A stretch of 63,516 nt of DNA, counting the filler, from Sphacelaria rigidula (taxonomy: Eukaryota), in NCBI GenBank assembly GCA_964200075.2. It is 10 parts of 10 records of this genome, joined end to end, with 100 filler letters (N's around TTAATTAATTAA, not from the genome) between each part and the next. Parts side by side here need not be neighbours in the genome. Positions count along the whole stretch, not along the records: positions 50,895 to 57,155 come from CAXNAA020021166.1; positions 57,256 to 63,516 come from CAXNAA020021167.1; 8 more parts are not named here. One strand, written 5' to 3'. A program made the translations under genes and the position numbers. A model generated the notes under the pieces. The model was not told where the DNA came from, made no database searches, and was given only the letters and a program-made list of their open reading frames with translations. This document shows positions 50,895-62,200 of the stretch, piece after piece (within the stretch, counting starts at the first letter, position 1; each line of letters starts with the position of its first letter).

Positions 50895-52004
50895 TGCTAT
50901 TCTGGTCTGTATTATTTGCTTGTTGTCTCCTTGTGTGAAAGCAACACGAGAGCGACTGTGGTCAGCCTGCGCTGCTGAGCTGAGTAAACAAACGACGTAC
51001 GCAGAGATCTGAACCTGGAACAATCTTGGTGAACACCATTACACCCAACCCAAGGCGCCTTCACGTCTATCACATCACAGTTGGAGCTCCCGCACTGCCT
51101 CTGCTGTACTTTTGATTTTAGTTGCGTTGTGTTCAGACTGCCGAGCTGCCGTGTACACTACACCACCACTGTGTGCCTCGCATGCGCGTCTCTTTTGTTT
51201 GTTCATCGTCTAGTCGTCTGTAGTTGTTGCTCTGTCCTCTGTCCCTGGCGCGATGAGTTCAAGAGCCTCTGATACACTTGACGCTCGCACCCTGCGCCGA
51301 CTCCGACGCGAACGTACGCGAGCAATAGCACTTGCCCCCCCACCATCCTCACCTTCTCATCCCAGCTGCCTATCTGTGGCAACTGCCCCAGTAATGATAC
51401 CCATCTACTCTGTAGCGGATGCGAGTCACCAGGTAGAGTCCAATTTATACCGTGACTCTCCTGCCCCATTCCATTTTTTTTCACATGAGCTGCCCGTACA
51501 TCATCAGATACCAACTCTTTTCTACCACCACCGGCACTGTATCAGCGTGCACCCTTTCGCTACACCCCCCCCACCGCATGTACCGCCGGCCCAGTAGCTA
51601 ATGTTGACCGTCTCTTGCTGTCTCAGAATATGCTCACCGTGCAGCACATTGTTTTTGTGCCCAGCCTGGATGTTGATTGTACATGACCCGACCCCACCCT
51701 GTACTATGTATATGAACCCAACATCCGTGATAACACTCCCGTGCCACCCTCTTCCCCAGGTCCTGTGTTCATCCAGTACATTTCGTGGACTCCGGTCTGG
51801 ACAACTCGTCCACACACTCTCTCTCATACCTTTTTAGATCGCCCCTCCCTGTCTTTCACGGGGGCCTGGCCGACCCCCATCACGCCCACAGCCTCCTACA
51901 ATAGATTATTTGCCTCTTCCAATTCCAATGCAACACCCCGGTCACCCATTACCCTCCTTCTTTCTACACTGCCTGTGACGCGCACCCGCGCAGGTACACA
52001 AGCA

Positions 52005-55000
52005 ATGTCTAATTCCCCGGCTTCGCTAGAGCTACGTGCCGATGAAGAAGGCGCATCCTCTCCCGAATCCGGTGAACCACGGCTTGCGTCGGACACAGTG
52101 TTGCATGATCCAGTCATTGAAAGTGTAGAGGATGATGATGATGCCCAATCTCAGTCGGGAGGAATTCCCCTCTCTACGGTGCCCGACGTACAGCCGGGAC
52201 TTGATTTCCCACTGTATGCCGCCACCGCTCAAACTCTTATCAGTGACACTAGACATGTCAACTCTACTGCTAGTGGTGCCCATCCGGTTCGTGATCATTC
52301 CCCGGCTGAGCCCTACGCTTCGGACGTCGTAGCCTCGACGAGTGATCGTGAGTCGGAAAAAAACCCGTCTACGCGCCTACCCAAGAAAGCACGACAAAGC
52401 TAAGACCCAGTTTAAACATAGCCGTCCCGCTGCTATTCTAGCCCACGCGTGGGACAAATTTTCCCGCGAGGAACAAGCCGCGTACTGGGACGACTTGTTG
52501 GCCCAGACCGTACAAGCGCAAGTAGAACGTAAGAACCGTGAAGCTTTCGAGAACGCTCAAGAAATCCAGCGCGTCCGTCGTGAGGTCGAAGCCAAACGCA
52601 AAGCCTTGGCGGAGGGGCAGAAGAAGGAAGCCCGCCTCCTCCGGCAAACCGCCAAGACTTTGCAGGCAGCTAAAGCCCAATATGAACAAGCTTTACAACA
52701 ACACAATACGACGGTAGAACAATCCACCTATCGCATTTCCGTCACTCAATCTTTACTCGACGAGCAGGTGAAACAGTTACGTCTGCTCACCCGCGATCCC
52801 ATCGACATTGAAACCGATTCTGATTACTCATCCACTGATTCACCTGCACTTTCCAACGCCACTCCGAATGTCGCCCCTCTAGCCACGGGACTACCTCCCA
52901 TGCCACCTGAGACGATCGCATCCGGCGTTTCAACCACGTTTGGTGTGCCCCTCCAATTTCACCGCGATAAAACGCCCCCTACATTTGCCCCCACAGCGAA
53001 CCACTCACTCTCCACTGAACCCACTCACCCAACCCTGGCTCCTAAGGCTACTCGTTCCGACGGACTTGATCTTTCTGGTGTAGAAACTTTGGCAGCTGTT
53101 CCCCTCTACGATTTTGTCCACGACCCCGACACCCTCCTTACCTACGCGTGTCAGGCGCAGCGCCTCACTGTTCCAGTCACTGACAATTCAATCACGATCC
53201 TCAATTGGTTTCCAAAACACACCGAGACCGTATCGTTAGCAGGTGTCGTTCAATGCATACGTTCCAACCCACGTTTCGAAATTAGTCTCGCGTTACGGCA
53301 TGAGTGCGTCGGGTCCCTCATCGGTCTATTCACGGAAATTGAGCACGTACGCATGACAGTACGCGGCCCTGCTGATGGTACGGACCGTTCATACCCTACT
53401 ACCACTGGTCACCTTCAGACAGGTCACGTAGGGCACAATTCAATGGACAGTGGCGGTAGTTTTACTGTTCAAGGGAAAGGGAAAAACCGCCTTAACGACA
53501 ATGGTAAATCTCACATTTCGCAGCAGTCACGATCTCGCCGTCATCGTCGCCCTTCATTTTACAGTGAGTCGGACAGCACAAACGGGTCTCATAATGACAC
53601 GAGTGCGGCCGCCTCACGTCCGACGCCCCTCACTTTGAGCGATTTCCTTCCGCTATCATGCACTGTCGCCAAACAGCGTCACTCTCAGATCAAAGTCAAA
53701 CAAGCGAAGGAAGCCACCAAACCTGCTCACAGCCGCGTACAGTTTGCCCCTTCGGCTCCCACCCCTCAACCCAGTGACCCTTCCCCCTCTTCCACGGACC
53801 GACAGGCACACATTCAGGTTGTACGCCACCAATACAAGAACTTGGACCCGAAATTTGTAGGCAAAGTCAATCCTTCACTACCCTTTCCTGCGGGATCTGA
53901 TGTAAGCCTTTCCTGCAGCCAGTTACGACAATCCCTCACTACTGTAGTTACTGATATCCTCTCACACTGCGACGACACATTCGTCGACCTTGAGACCAGT
54001 GATTGGGTAGATGGCTGGCTTCGACCTTTACAAAAGACTTCGGAGGATGCCATCGATTTCAGCTCTCCCAAGGCATCTAAATTGTCCAATATGCTTGACC
54101 ACCACTTCGCACAAGCCGCACATTCCCTCACTCTCGGTAATGGCGGTTACACCGCTTTCACCCTCCTCCTGAGACTCATCAGTTCATCCCTGGACACCAC
54201 CCACGAAGGCAAGTCACTCGAACGCCTACTATCGTTTAAGGTACCCGTCGACACCCCTTTTGACCACTACCTCAAGGAATTTCGCACTTTAATTTCGGTT
54301 ACGGTAAACGGTGGCAGCGGACATGTCCCATCACAAGAAATGGTGATGAGTCTTCTCCGTTCAAATATGGGACGCCAATACCCTAGCCTCATGCCAACCG
54401 CCTTTGTCAGTACCACAGCGACTTCACCGGTCCCGTTTCCAACCTTGGACGCTATGTGGACGAAATTAGATAAACTCCGGTCGAACCGCACTCCGGCATT
54501 AGATGTGACGGATGCAAAACAGAGTGGCTCCTCCGCAATTCACAACGGCCCTTCTGTACGACACAGTCACCATGCTTCCACCACCCTTTTGCCTCACCCG
54601 GTTGCCGCCCCCCCTGCGTCTCACTCCCAACCACCACCTTCTAAACCAAACCAACGCCCATGGATTCCTGCGTCTATGGCCTCCACTGGGGAGGTCATGT
54701 TCGCACACACACCCGACGCATTCAACAGTCGTTTTCCAAGCTGGCCCTTCGCGACGGAAATTTGGCCGGAAGTGTTTCAGGTAAGCACTTCGATGAACAC
54801 TACAGACCCCCCCCCTCTGGGCCAGTACCGAAGACCCTAACCTCCGATCAGATGTAATTCGCCGTTGCAAAGATCACTGCCTGAACTGTGGCATTTGGTT
54901 CAATCCCCAAACGGGGTACTCCGCAGATGGTCAAGTTCCCACGCACTCGATGCGCCACTGCGAAGCCCCGTTCACAAACGCATTTGGCGTCCTCAACCCC

Positions 55001-55423
55001 ATGTTCTCCGAGCCCCAGTTTGCGCACTTTTGGCCAACTTGGCAAGCACGTATGCGGTCTTACCGTCGCCCTCAACCCAGCGGCGCCCGCAATTCATACC
55101 AACGCCCCCGGCGCGGCAATCGCCACTCTATTGCTGACACTCGCGCCCCCCCTCAATACCAACATTCCTATTATCACGCTCAGCCGGCTAACGCGGCCCC
55201 GTCTCACGTAGCCCCCGCCCATTCTGGCGCGTTTCAACCGCCACACCAGACTCAATACTCAAGTACTCCTAGCCCCCCACGAACACATCTACTGCCCCAA
55301 ACACATCCCGTCAGAATGGGACCCACAACTCTACCGATACCAAACGTGCCACCTGACGGTGTTTGGGAAACGCGCAATACCCCGCGTTTCCACATCACCG
55401 ACGAGGTACCTCTACGTGTGTGA
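52005..55423 (+). pseudogene. Gag-like ORF (coiled coil, core, Cys/His knuckle) broken by two single-base homopolymer frameshifts
   Basis: The 832-aa ORF 52342-54840 joins the upstream ORF at A7 (52357-52363) and the downstream frame at C9 (54807-54815), giving DPPLW...CLNC-x18-H-x4-C. Confidence 0.65.
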
Positions 55424-56849
55424 CCGCTTGTAACACTTCGCCGTCACCCTCTTTATATTTTGAAGACACCTCTACTTCAAACCCCGTTGTCGACCATAGG
55501 TCCACGGTCGGGTCCCAGAAAACTTCAACAACAAACCCGCGGCGAAATATTTTCTTCCACTCAGCCAGTACACCCCCACCACTTGACAAAATCCTCGTCG
55601 GCCAGCGTGGGTTCTCGCTTGTGGTGTGGGTACGCTAGCGATGACCGTTCTGTCATGATGGGTTCCATGACAGAACAGTCCCGTGCAACATTGCATGACT
55701 CCCAAATGCGCGATGACCAACCCCAGTGTTTTCATACTGGATCTGATCACCCAGTTGTATTTCCGAGTGGTAGTAATCAATGCCAGATGGATCCGATCGC
55801 CCCGCGGAATCGGCAGTCATGTAGCGTAGCGGCTACCGCCTTAGAAGCAGGAACATCTTCTGATACGGTAGCTGTTACCCCTACGACAGTTTATCGTAGG
55901 ATGAAACGTTTACAGAGACTCCCCAGCCCCGAGAAGGACTCAGGAGTCCAGTCAAACCCGGTAACACATGCGTGCGAAATTCCTCGTGTGCCCGGCCCCC
56001 TTTTATTTGGTGAGCGTAATGTTTCGTGCACTACGCGCGCCAGTGCCGAACCCTTGCTTTCCGTAGCTCAGCGGGTTGGGAAGGAACCCCAAACGCCAGT
56101 GCCGACCGAACGCCACGCGTGTAGCCACGAACGGACTGACCTTGCCAACTTCCCAAAAGCTCCTGGAACAGCCGGCTCTAGAGTGCGCTATACGCGACAC
56201 CAGGAGAAGGCTCTTCCGGATGAAACTGTCAATAAACCTGTAGTTGCCGCTGCATCCGCCAACCAAGAAGGTGCCCGGGTGCCGGGCACAGCGGATGAAG
56301 GCCTTGTCGTAGAACAGGTCAGTGCTTCCGAGATCCCGAACAGATCAGCACCGCTTCCTGCCGACCCCTCGGAATCTATGTTGAAGAATAAAGTAGCGTT
56401 GACAATTGTTGGAACAATAAAACCGCTACGCCCTGCATGTATGTCTCATGGTCCCGGACAAACCCCGGCTGTGCCGTCCAAATTGCAGTCCGATCAGGAC
56501 TGTTTCTCCCCTGTTTCTCATAGCTCCAAACAAATATCGCAAACATCCACATCCACTTCCCTTCCTAGGCGTCGACCATCCCTGACTGTGAACGAAATCC
56601 AACTTTCGTCTACTGCACCACTCGCCATGCAAAACCCCCCGTGCCACGACGGCCCTTCGGAGAACACATTCGCTCCGGAGGACCAATCTCGAGTCTATTT
56701 TAGTACCATTGCTCAGCAACACAAGAACGATGTGGCTGCAGTTCACTTGTCGGAATACGGACCCGACTTGGTAAGTGGAACTGCACTCATGGATGACGCC
56801 CCCTTCACAACCCGAATAGGTATACATAGTGAAGTGCATGCAACACGCC

Positions 56850-57155
56850 CTTTGATGGCCGTTGCCCTGCCCGACACTGGCTCACCACAAACTTTCATCA
56901 CAGCCAGCTGCTAGCAACACATGATGAACGCTGGAGCAGCAGATAAACATTTCCTTTCTACTGTTCCGCCTCGTGTTTTTGGCGGGTTTGGTGCCTCCAC
57001 TCCCCTAACGGTTGATCAATCAGTACGACTCAGTGTGCAATTCTTTGATGACACAGGTCCCACTGCACGACTAGCTGTGTGGGCACTCATTGTGCCCGAT
57101 GGTTCCATGTCGGTTGATGTTCTCTTGGGACGTGATAGCTGGCTACGTTTTTCCA
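56850..57155 (+). pseudogene. Retropepsin-type aspartic protease with an in-frame stop
   Basis: LMAVALPDTGSPQTFITASC*QHM...VFGGFG...VDVLLGRDSW. The TAG at 56912-56914 probably derives from TGG. Confidence 0.85.
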
Positions 57156-57255
57156 NNNNNNNNNNNNNNNNNNNNNNNNNNNNNNNNNNNNNNNNNNNNT
57201 TAATTAATTAANNNNNNNNNNNNNNNNNNNNNNNNNNNNNNNNNNNNNNNNNNNN
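57156..57255. other. Artificial contig spacer
   Basis: N44-TTAATTAATTAA-N44. Confidence 0.97.
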
Positions 57256-58188
57256 CTCTTTTGGGCAATCATGCCGAACAAATCGTGAATTTGGTGATTT
57301 TGAGTCGTGATGATTTGTCCTAACCGTGTGATATTCGTTATTTCAGAAGAAGCAGTGGGGGCTTTCATGTCTTGTAAGAAATAGCAGTGACGGTACTGGA
57401 AAGGCGAGCCTGCGTCTGAAATAGCCATGGCTTACACACTTCCTCATGTGTCACCATTGAAACACCGGAGGGGAGGAGGAGGGGTGGGGCCCGCGACTTC
57501 GCCGCTCGCCGCCGATGTTTTGTGAGTTGATCGGCGAACGTAAGACACCTGGGAATAAACCCCTGAAAAAAACTAGAAACAAAGCTGGCAATGAACCCAG
57601 AAATCGTCGACCCTGCGGCATGGATTCACGTGAAAAGAAAAGACCATGGGAGGAAATTGTGGCTCAGCTGTTGCGGAGCATACTCTTTGGGCACGTGTGG
57701 CGAAGAAAGAGTATATGTATATTCAGCACACGGTTAGCCCCTGCCTGCTTAGCCGGGCCCGTAGCCTGAAGCAATCAAGCGATGTCTTCCCGACATGAAC
57801 AAGTTGGGAGTATATATATATAGACCGATGAGTCGGCAAACAAGCGAAGACGCTATCATCAGCTTCTTCGTCACACGTTTGGGTGGGTGCGTGAGTAGAG
57901 GGAAATGGGGGAGGGGTATCGTAGAATCACTCACGAGTATGTTATATCTTTACCGCACAGAGTACTCCGTTCATTCTTCACTCGAACACCACGTGCTAGA
58001 TCTAGCGAGCATGCCCGTACCTGTTTGCAGCTGGGAAGAATGCCCAAGAATGCCTAGCATTACCGTTAGCCCCCGAAATCCCTCAACTGATATTAGAGCG
58101 GTTGATGGATGAAACAACAATAACAACCTAAGGGCTACTTCCACTTACATCTTACTCACCATTCAAAACAACACGCATGAAAAATCAC

Positions 58189-58380
58189 CTTCTAACGCCC
58201 TCGTCCCTCTTGTCTTGGTCCAGAGGTACCGTTTTACCATTTATTTGGTCGTCTGACACACCGTCTGTCTTTCCTTCCACCGACTGTCCGTCCTCAAACC
58301 GAGATTCCGCCGCCTCCTTCTTGAAAAATGCCTGCAGCTGCGCGAATCCTTTTTTCAAACCCTGGTCTTCGGCCTCTTCT
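58189..58380 (-). CDS. Candidate internal exon of an unknown protein; acceptor uncertain
   Basis: Charged open frame EAEDQGLKKGFAQLQAFFKKEAAESRFEDGQSVEGKTDG...EGVR ending at AG|gtgat, flanked by intron-like sequence. Confidence 0.45.
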
Positions 58381-58965
58381 CCACATTTGTATCGCAATGT
58401 TACACACAAACGATCAACATTCATAAATATACGTGAATGTAAGATATATATCTGCAAAAATATGTGCAAATACGCACACATATATATATATATATCACAG
58501 AATTGCACAAAACAAAGCGAGAAAAGGGTGTGAGCGGTTACTGCACAATCGAATGAAATAGGCAAAAGTCCACATGCCGCGAGGAATAGATGAATGACGC
58601 CACAAACAGATGAAACCCGATGGAGATGCTGCAAACGCATGTAGAGCACCGATCTCAGCATGTTACTACGCACTCGGAGTATGCAGGTATGGACATCTAT
58701 GCCGCCCCGCCCGCCCCGGTGGTGTAAATGAAAATGGTACAAGTGACGCAATTAGGGTGAAAAGAAAGCGGCTTTGTTTCCCGCTGGATACGTTTCGGAT
58801 TCCCTACTCCAAGTGTCGATTTTGGTGGGTCAAAGCGTAAAGGTGAGCAGCAAGGAGCGTTTGTTCGGCTGAGGGTGTTTGACTACAGTCGATGCGATGG
58901 GGGCGTCTCTATTGTCATCATCAATCCGCGACAATCTGAGATACGAATGATGCAAGGCGTATGAC

Positions 58966-59585
58966 CGGGGGAGAAGGGATACTCATTTGCTGCTTGCATT
59001 AGTCGTTTGACCATTGACCACGCATCCCTTTTCAGACCAAGCATCGTTCCTACTGCTAATAGGGACACCTCCAACATTCAGGTGCTCATCACAATTCTTA
59101 CATACACTGCACTAAAACTTTTACATATCTTATCCTCGTCCTGTTTCGCCGTCTCTGGCCACCACCCATGTCCTAGTATAGCCATCGTTTTCTCCCTACT
59201 GTCTAATGCATCAAAGCTTTTCATGTCATCTTCGTTCACGTCCCGCATTCCACCCTCTAGCGCGTCCCGTTCTTCCTTGTATAGTTCACATTTTGCCACT
59301 ATATGACTTCTGCTCTCTACTACTTTGCCACAGAGGCAATTCTGTGCATCTACTTCCTCCTCCTCTCGACTACTGGTATATCTACTTTGTGGCAAGTCCA
59401 GGTCCACCACCCGGAATCGCAGTTTCAAAAATTTCGCCGCGTCCAGTGCGCTATGCATATGTTTTCATTCCGGTACCTTTTCTCAACCCTCCGTTCATCT
59501 CCAAGTGTTCTTCCTCGCCTACCTTGCGTCTGAGCGCTCCTTTCCCCCTTATTATAATAATGCCTCTGCTCTCAAAACTGTACTA
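58966..59585 (-). mobile_element. 5'-truncated LINE (family B): C-terminal Cys/His domain, 3' UTR and C-rich tail
   Basis: ORF 59078-59458 LKLRFRVVDLDLP...CLCGKVVESRSHIVAKCELYKEER fits the C-terminal zinc-binding motif of non-LTR RT proteins. The 3' end ...GCAGCAAATGAGTAT-C-rich is shared with 11583, 12530 and, partially, 44357. Confidence 0.82.
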
Positions 59586-61310
59586 ATCGTTGGGAGGGGG
59601 TGTACCCACGATCATGCATGCCATAGTCATCAGACAATCGACCATTGACCGGGGGGGTCAAAAGTATGACGAAGATAAACAAAGTGCATTAAATATTGAC
59701 CATCGGTGGAGGCCCACATCTCACGACTGTTGCATGCTATAAAAGTTACCCACGATGAAAAGAGAAGGACGCAACATTTCAAGACTGCCGCGCGCTTGGG
59801 CACAAAACAAAATCCCTCTCCGGGATCGCAGTTCTGGCCGTCTGTAGCAATCAGGGAGCGAGGGACCCGAGACCCAGCTCCCGGTGCACCTGCACTGACA
59901 TCTCCTCAAAAAATGAGTAAATATCTTCAAAACTTGCACACAAGTGGCTCACAGAAACTCAAATGATGAATGCGCGACGAGACCGAAACGTGATGATGGC
60001 ATGTGTGTGTGCGCGCGTCACACACACGTCATGCGCCAGCATGTTTCATACTTCAGTATGTGCGTGGACGTGAACTGGGGTGAGACAAATAAGTGAGAAA
60101 AATGAGGCAAGCCGCTTGCTGGCTTGTACCATCCTCGAAGAATGGCGATACTCCGGTAAAATAAATGAAAGATGGCCGTAGGGAACGGAGCATCTGTTCC
60201 TCACCAACATTCCCGGAAACATGCGGGAGGACGGAGGTCTCACCGCATTTGTGTGGGCGTGTTGTAAGACAAGGATCTTCTCTGGTCCTTGACTTGAAGC
60301 TTCAACTTTTTTCTTGCTTCTGCTACATTTTTGGAGGGAGGAGGGATGATAAAACGCTGTCCTAGGGATAGGGTACCCGCCCCAACATAATTCCGTCCCT
60401 AGGTTTCGGTTTGACCGTACGTGTAAAGGCGATCATGAGCTTTTCTCAAGCCTCATAAAAATGTGCACGTACCCCTACCCTTACCGCAACACCGTCCACA
60501 AAATGTATCCGTCTCCTCAGTGCGCGTCAACGCTCAACACGGAGTACACTTTTGACCTCCCTTGCCGGAGCATCACGGGATTCTGTCCGATTGAGCTTTC
60601 GAGTCTCGGGTACGCTTTGAGCTTTCGGGTCTCGGGTACGGTTATTGATGAAGCCACGGGTACGGGTAAATGTAGTCCCGAGTGCGGTCAGAATGTGTTT
60701 GGTGTGGAGGTGTGTCAACCATGAGTTATTGGCGATTATCGCGAAAACACGTACACGTCTCTTTCGTTCATGAGTGTACCGGTAACGATGATACGTCACT
60801 CAGGTTCGGTTGGATGTCCTTTCATGGCTCGAGCCGAACGCGCTCGCCATTGACTAGACCTACGACTAACTGGACTAGTAGAGAATTGGTCCACTCGGAG
60901 GCATCCATCCATTGGTCGATCGCTGAAAAAACAAGTCTCGTATTATGTTAGTATCGTATTACCTGACATACCGATCATACGCCATCCATCCGACAATTGT
61001 GCCTGCCGTCTTTATCGGGATTTTCGGAACAAGGAGAAAAGATAACCTAGGGATGAGACGTGAGGATATGAATACGGTTTTTTTCAGGACCCATATTGTT
61101 GGAGCCCTGACAAACACTACACGGTGAAAAGTAGGTTAAAAGTAGGGGAGAGATGGGCTCATCCCTCGCGACCATTAGACCACGGACTCGTCTCAAGGAA
61201 GGGGAGGGGTTCAAAGTGCGAAAAAAAAAACACACACACACACATGTCGTTTTACCCCTGGTAGCTGTCACATGTCCAAATTCGCCGCCGGATTCAGCCC
61301 ATGACACATA

Positions 61311-61430
61311 CTTCATCATATGGTGCTCGCCCAGGACATCTCGATGCATACCGTACAGTTTCAATACCGAGACATCAATGAAGCTGTCGGCGGGAAAGAA
61401 AATCTTCGCGTGCTCTTCCTCTACTTCCTC
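61311..61430 (-). CDS. Candidate internal exon of an unknown protein (possibly the same gene as 58189-58380)
   Basis: cag|..EVEEEHAKIFFPADSFIDVSVLKLYGMHRDVLGEHHMM AA|gtatgt. Confidence 0.4.
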
Positions 61431-61817
61431 TGTCCCAAACGTCAGCTCAACCGTGACGGATGCAGATCATACGCCCATCAATAGACGTGGTGGCGATGCT
61501 ATGGGTGGGTTCACAACAGAGACATGACGCGAACGATGCTCACCAGAAATAAAATGCATATAAATAAAGCAATTTTTCTACACAAGAAAATAGTTCAAAA
61601 TATACTCCATTTTTGACGCTTTGTAAGGTTCCCTTTTTTGGGAGTTTGAGGGCAGGACGCAGAAGACAACATAGTGAGGTAACAGCGCCACAGAGGGCGG
61701 GGGTGGTGGGAAGAGTGGGTGAAGGACGATAACGAGGGCGGCAAACCGGCTTGAAACTACAACCTATTTTAGTATCAAGCTTAAGTGACCCCGGGGAGGG
61801 CGGAAATATACATACGC

Positions 61818-61957
61818 AACAGCTAGACGGACTTCGGACATCAGGTTTTGCTTAGAAAGCCGATAACCACTGAGTAACTCAGTCAGCGCTAACTGAGTAT
61901 ATCGGTCGTCATCGGCTTTCTCAACAAAACCTGATGTCCGAAGTCCGTCTAGCTGTT
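61818..61957. repeat. 140-bp palindrome (70+70) centred on TCAGC|GCTAA with tRNA-like arms
   Basis: The outer 33 bp (aacagctagacggacttcggacatcaggttttg) pair perfectly and the inner part has mismatches. One arm reads GCTGACTGAGTTACTCAGTGG...GTCCGAAGTCC. Confidence 0.85.
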
Positions 61958-62094
61958 AACCCACGAACTTGGATTCCCCCCCAGGGTTGCGCAACCCCTG
62001 TAATCAACGCTGCTCACGTGCCCGGAACAACATCTATCGGAGTAAACAATCTGAATAACATCCATCACAAGTCCGCATGGAGGATTCTCGGCAT

Positions 62095-62200
62095 TTTCTT
62101 GACCGTGATCAATTCGTCGGGAAAATTGTGTCACGGGTGAGAATCAAACTCCGGACTTGAAATCTCGTTGATAACCACTGGGCTCATTAGTCAGCGCTGA
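62095..62200 (-). mobile_element. tRNA-like SINE head starting at TCAGCGCTGA
   Basis: Minus strand tcagcGCTGACTAATGAGCCCAGTGGTTATC...GGAGTTTGATTCTC gives A-box-like and B-box-like motifs. Confidence 0.5.

Larger units (their letters stand above)
50895..57155 (+). mobile_element. 5' half of a large degenerate LTR retrotransposon (Ty3/Gypsy-like by inference): partial LTR, candidate PBS, long gag-like ORF, aspartic protease
   Basis: Candidate LTR end ...CATCACA at 51079, a 2-nt gap, then TGGAGCTCCCG. Intronless ORFs run from ~52005 to 57155. Retropepsin motifs ALPDTGSPQTFI and VLLGRD are present. RT and integrase lie beyond the contig end, so domain order is not confirmed. Confidence 0.75.

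Noticed and set aside
52357..52364. AAAAAAC as a programmed -1 frameshift site
   Set aside because: Joining the two ORFs needs a +1 shift, not -1.
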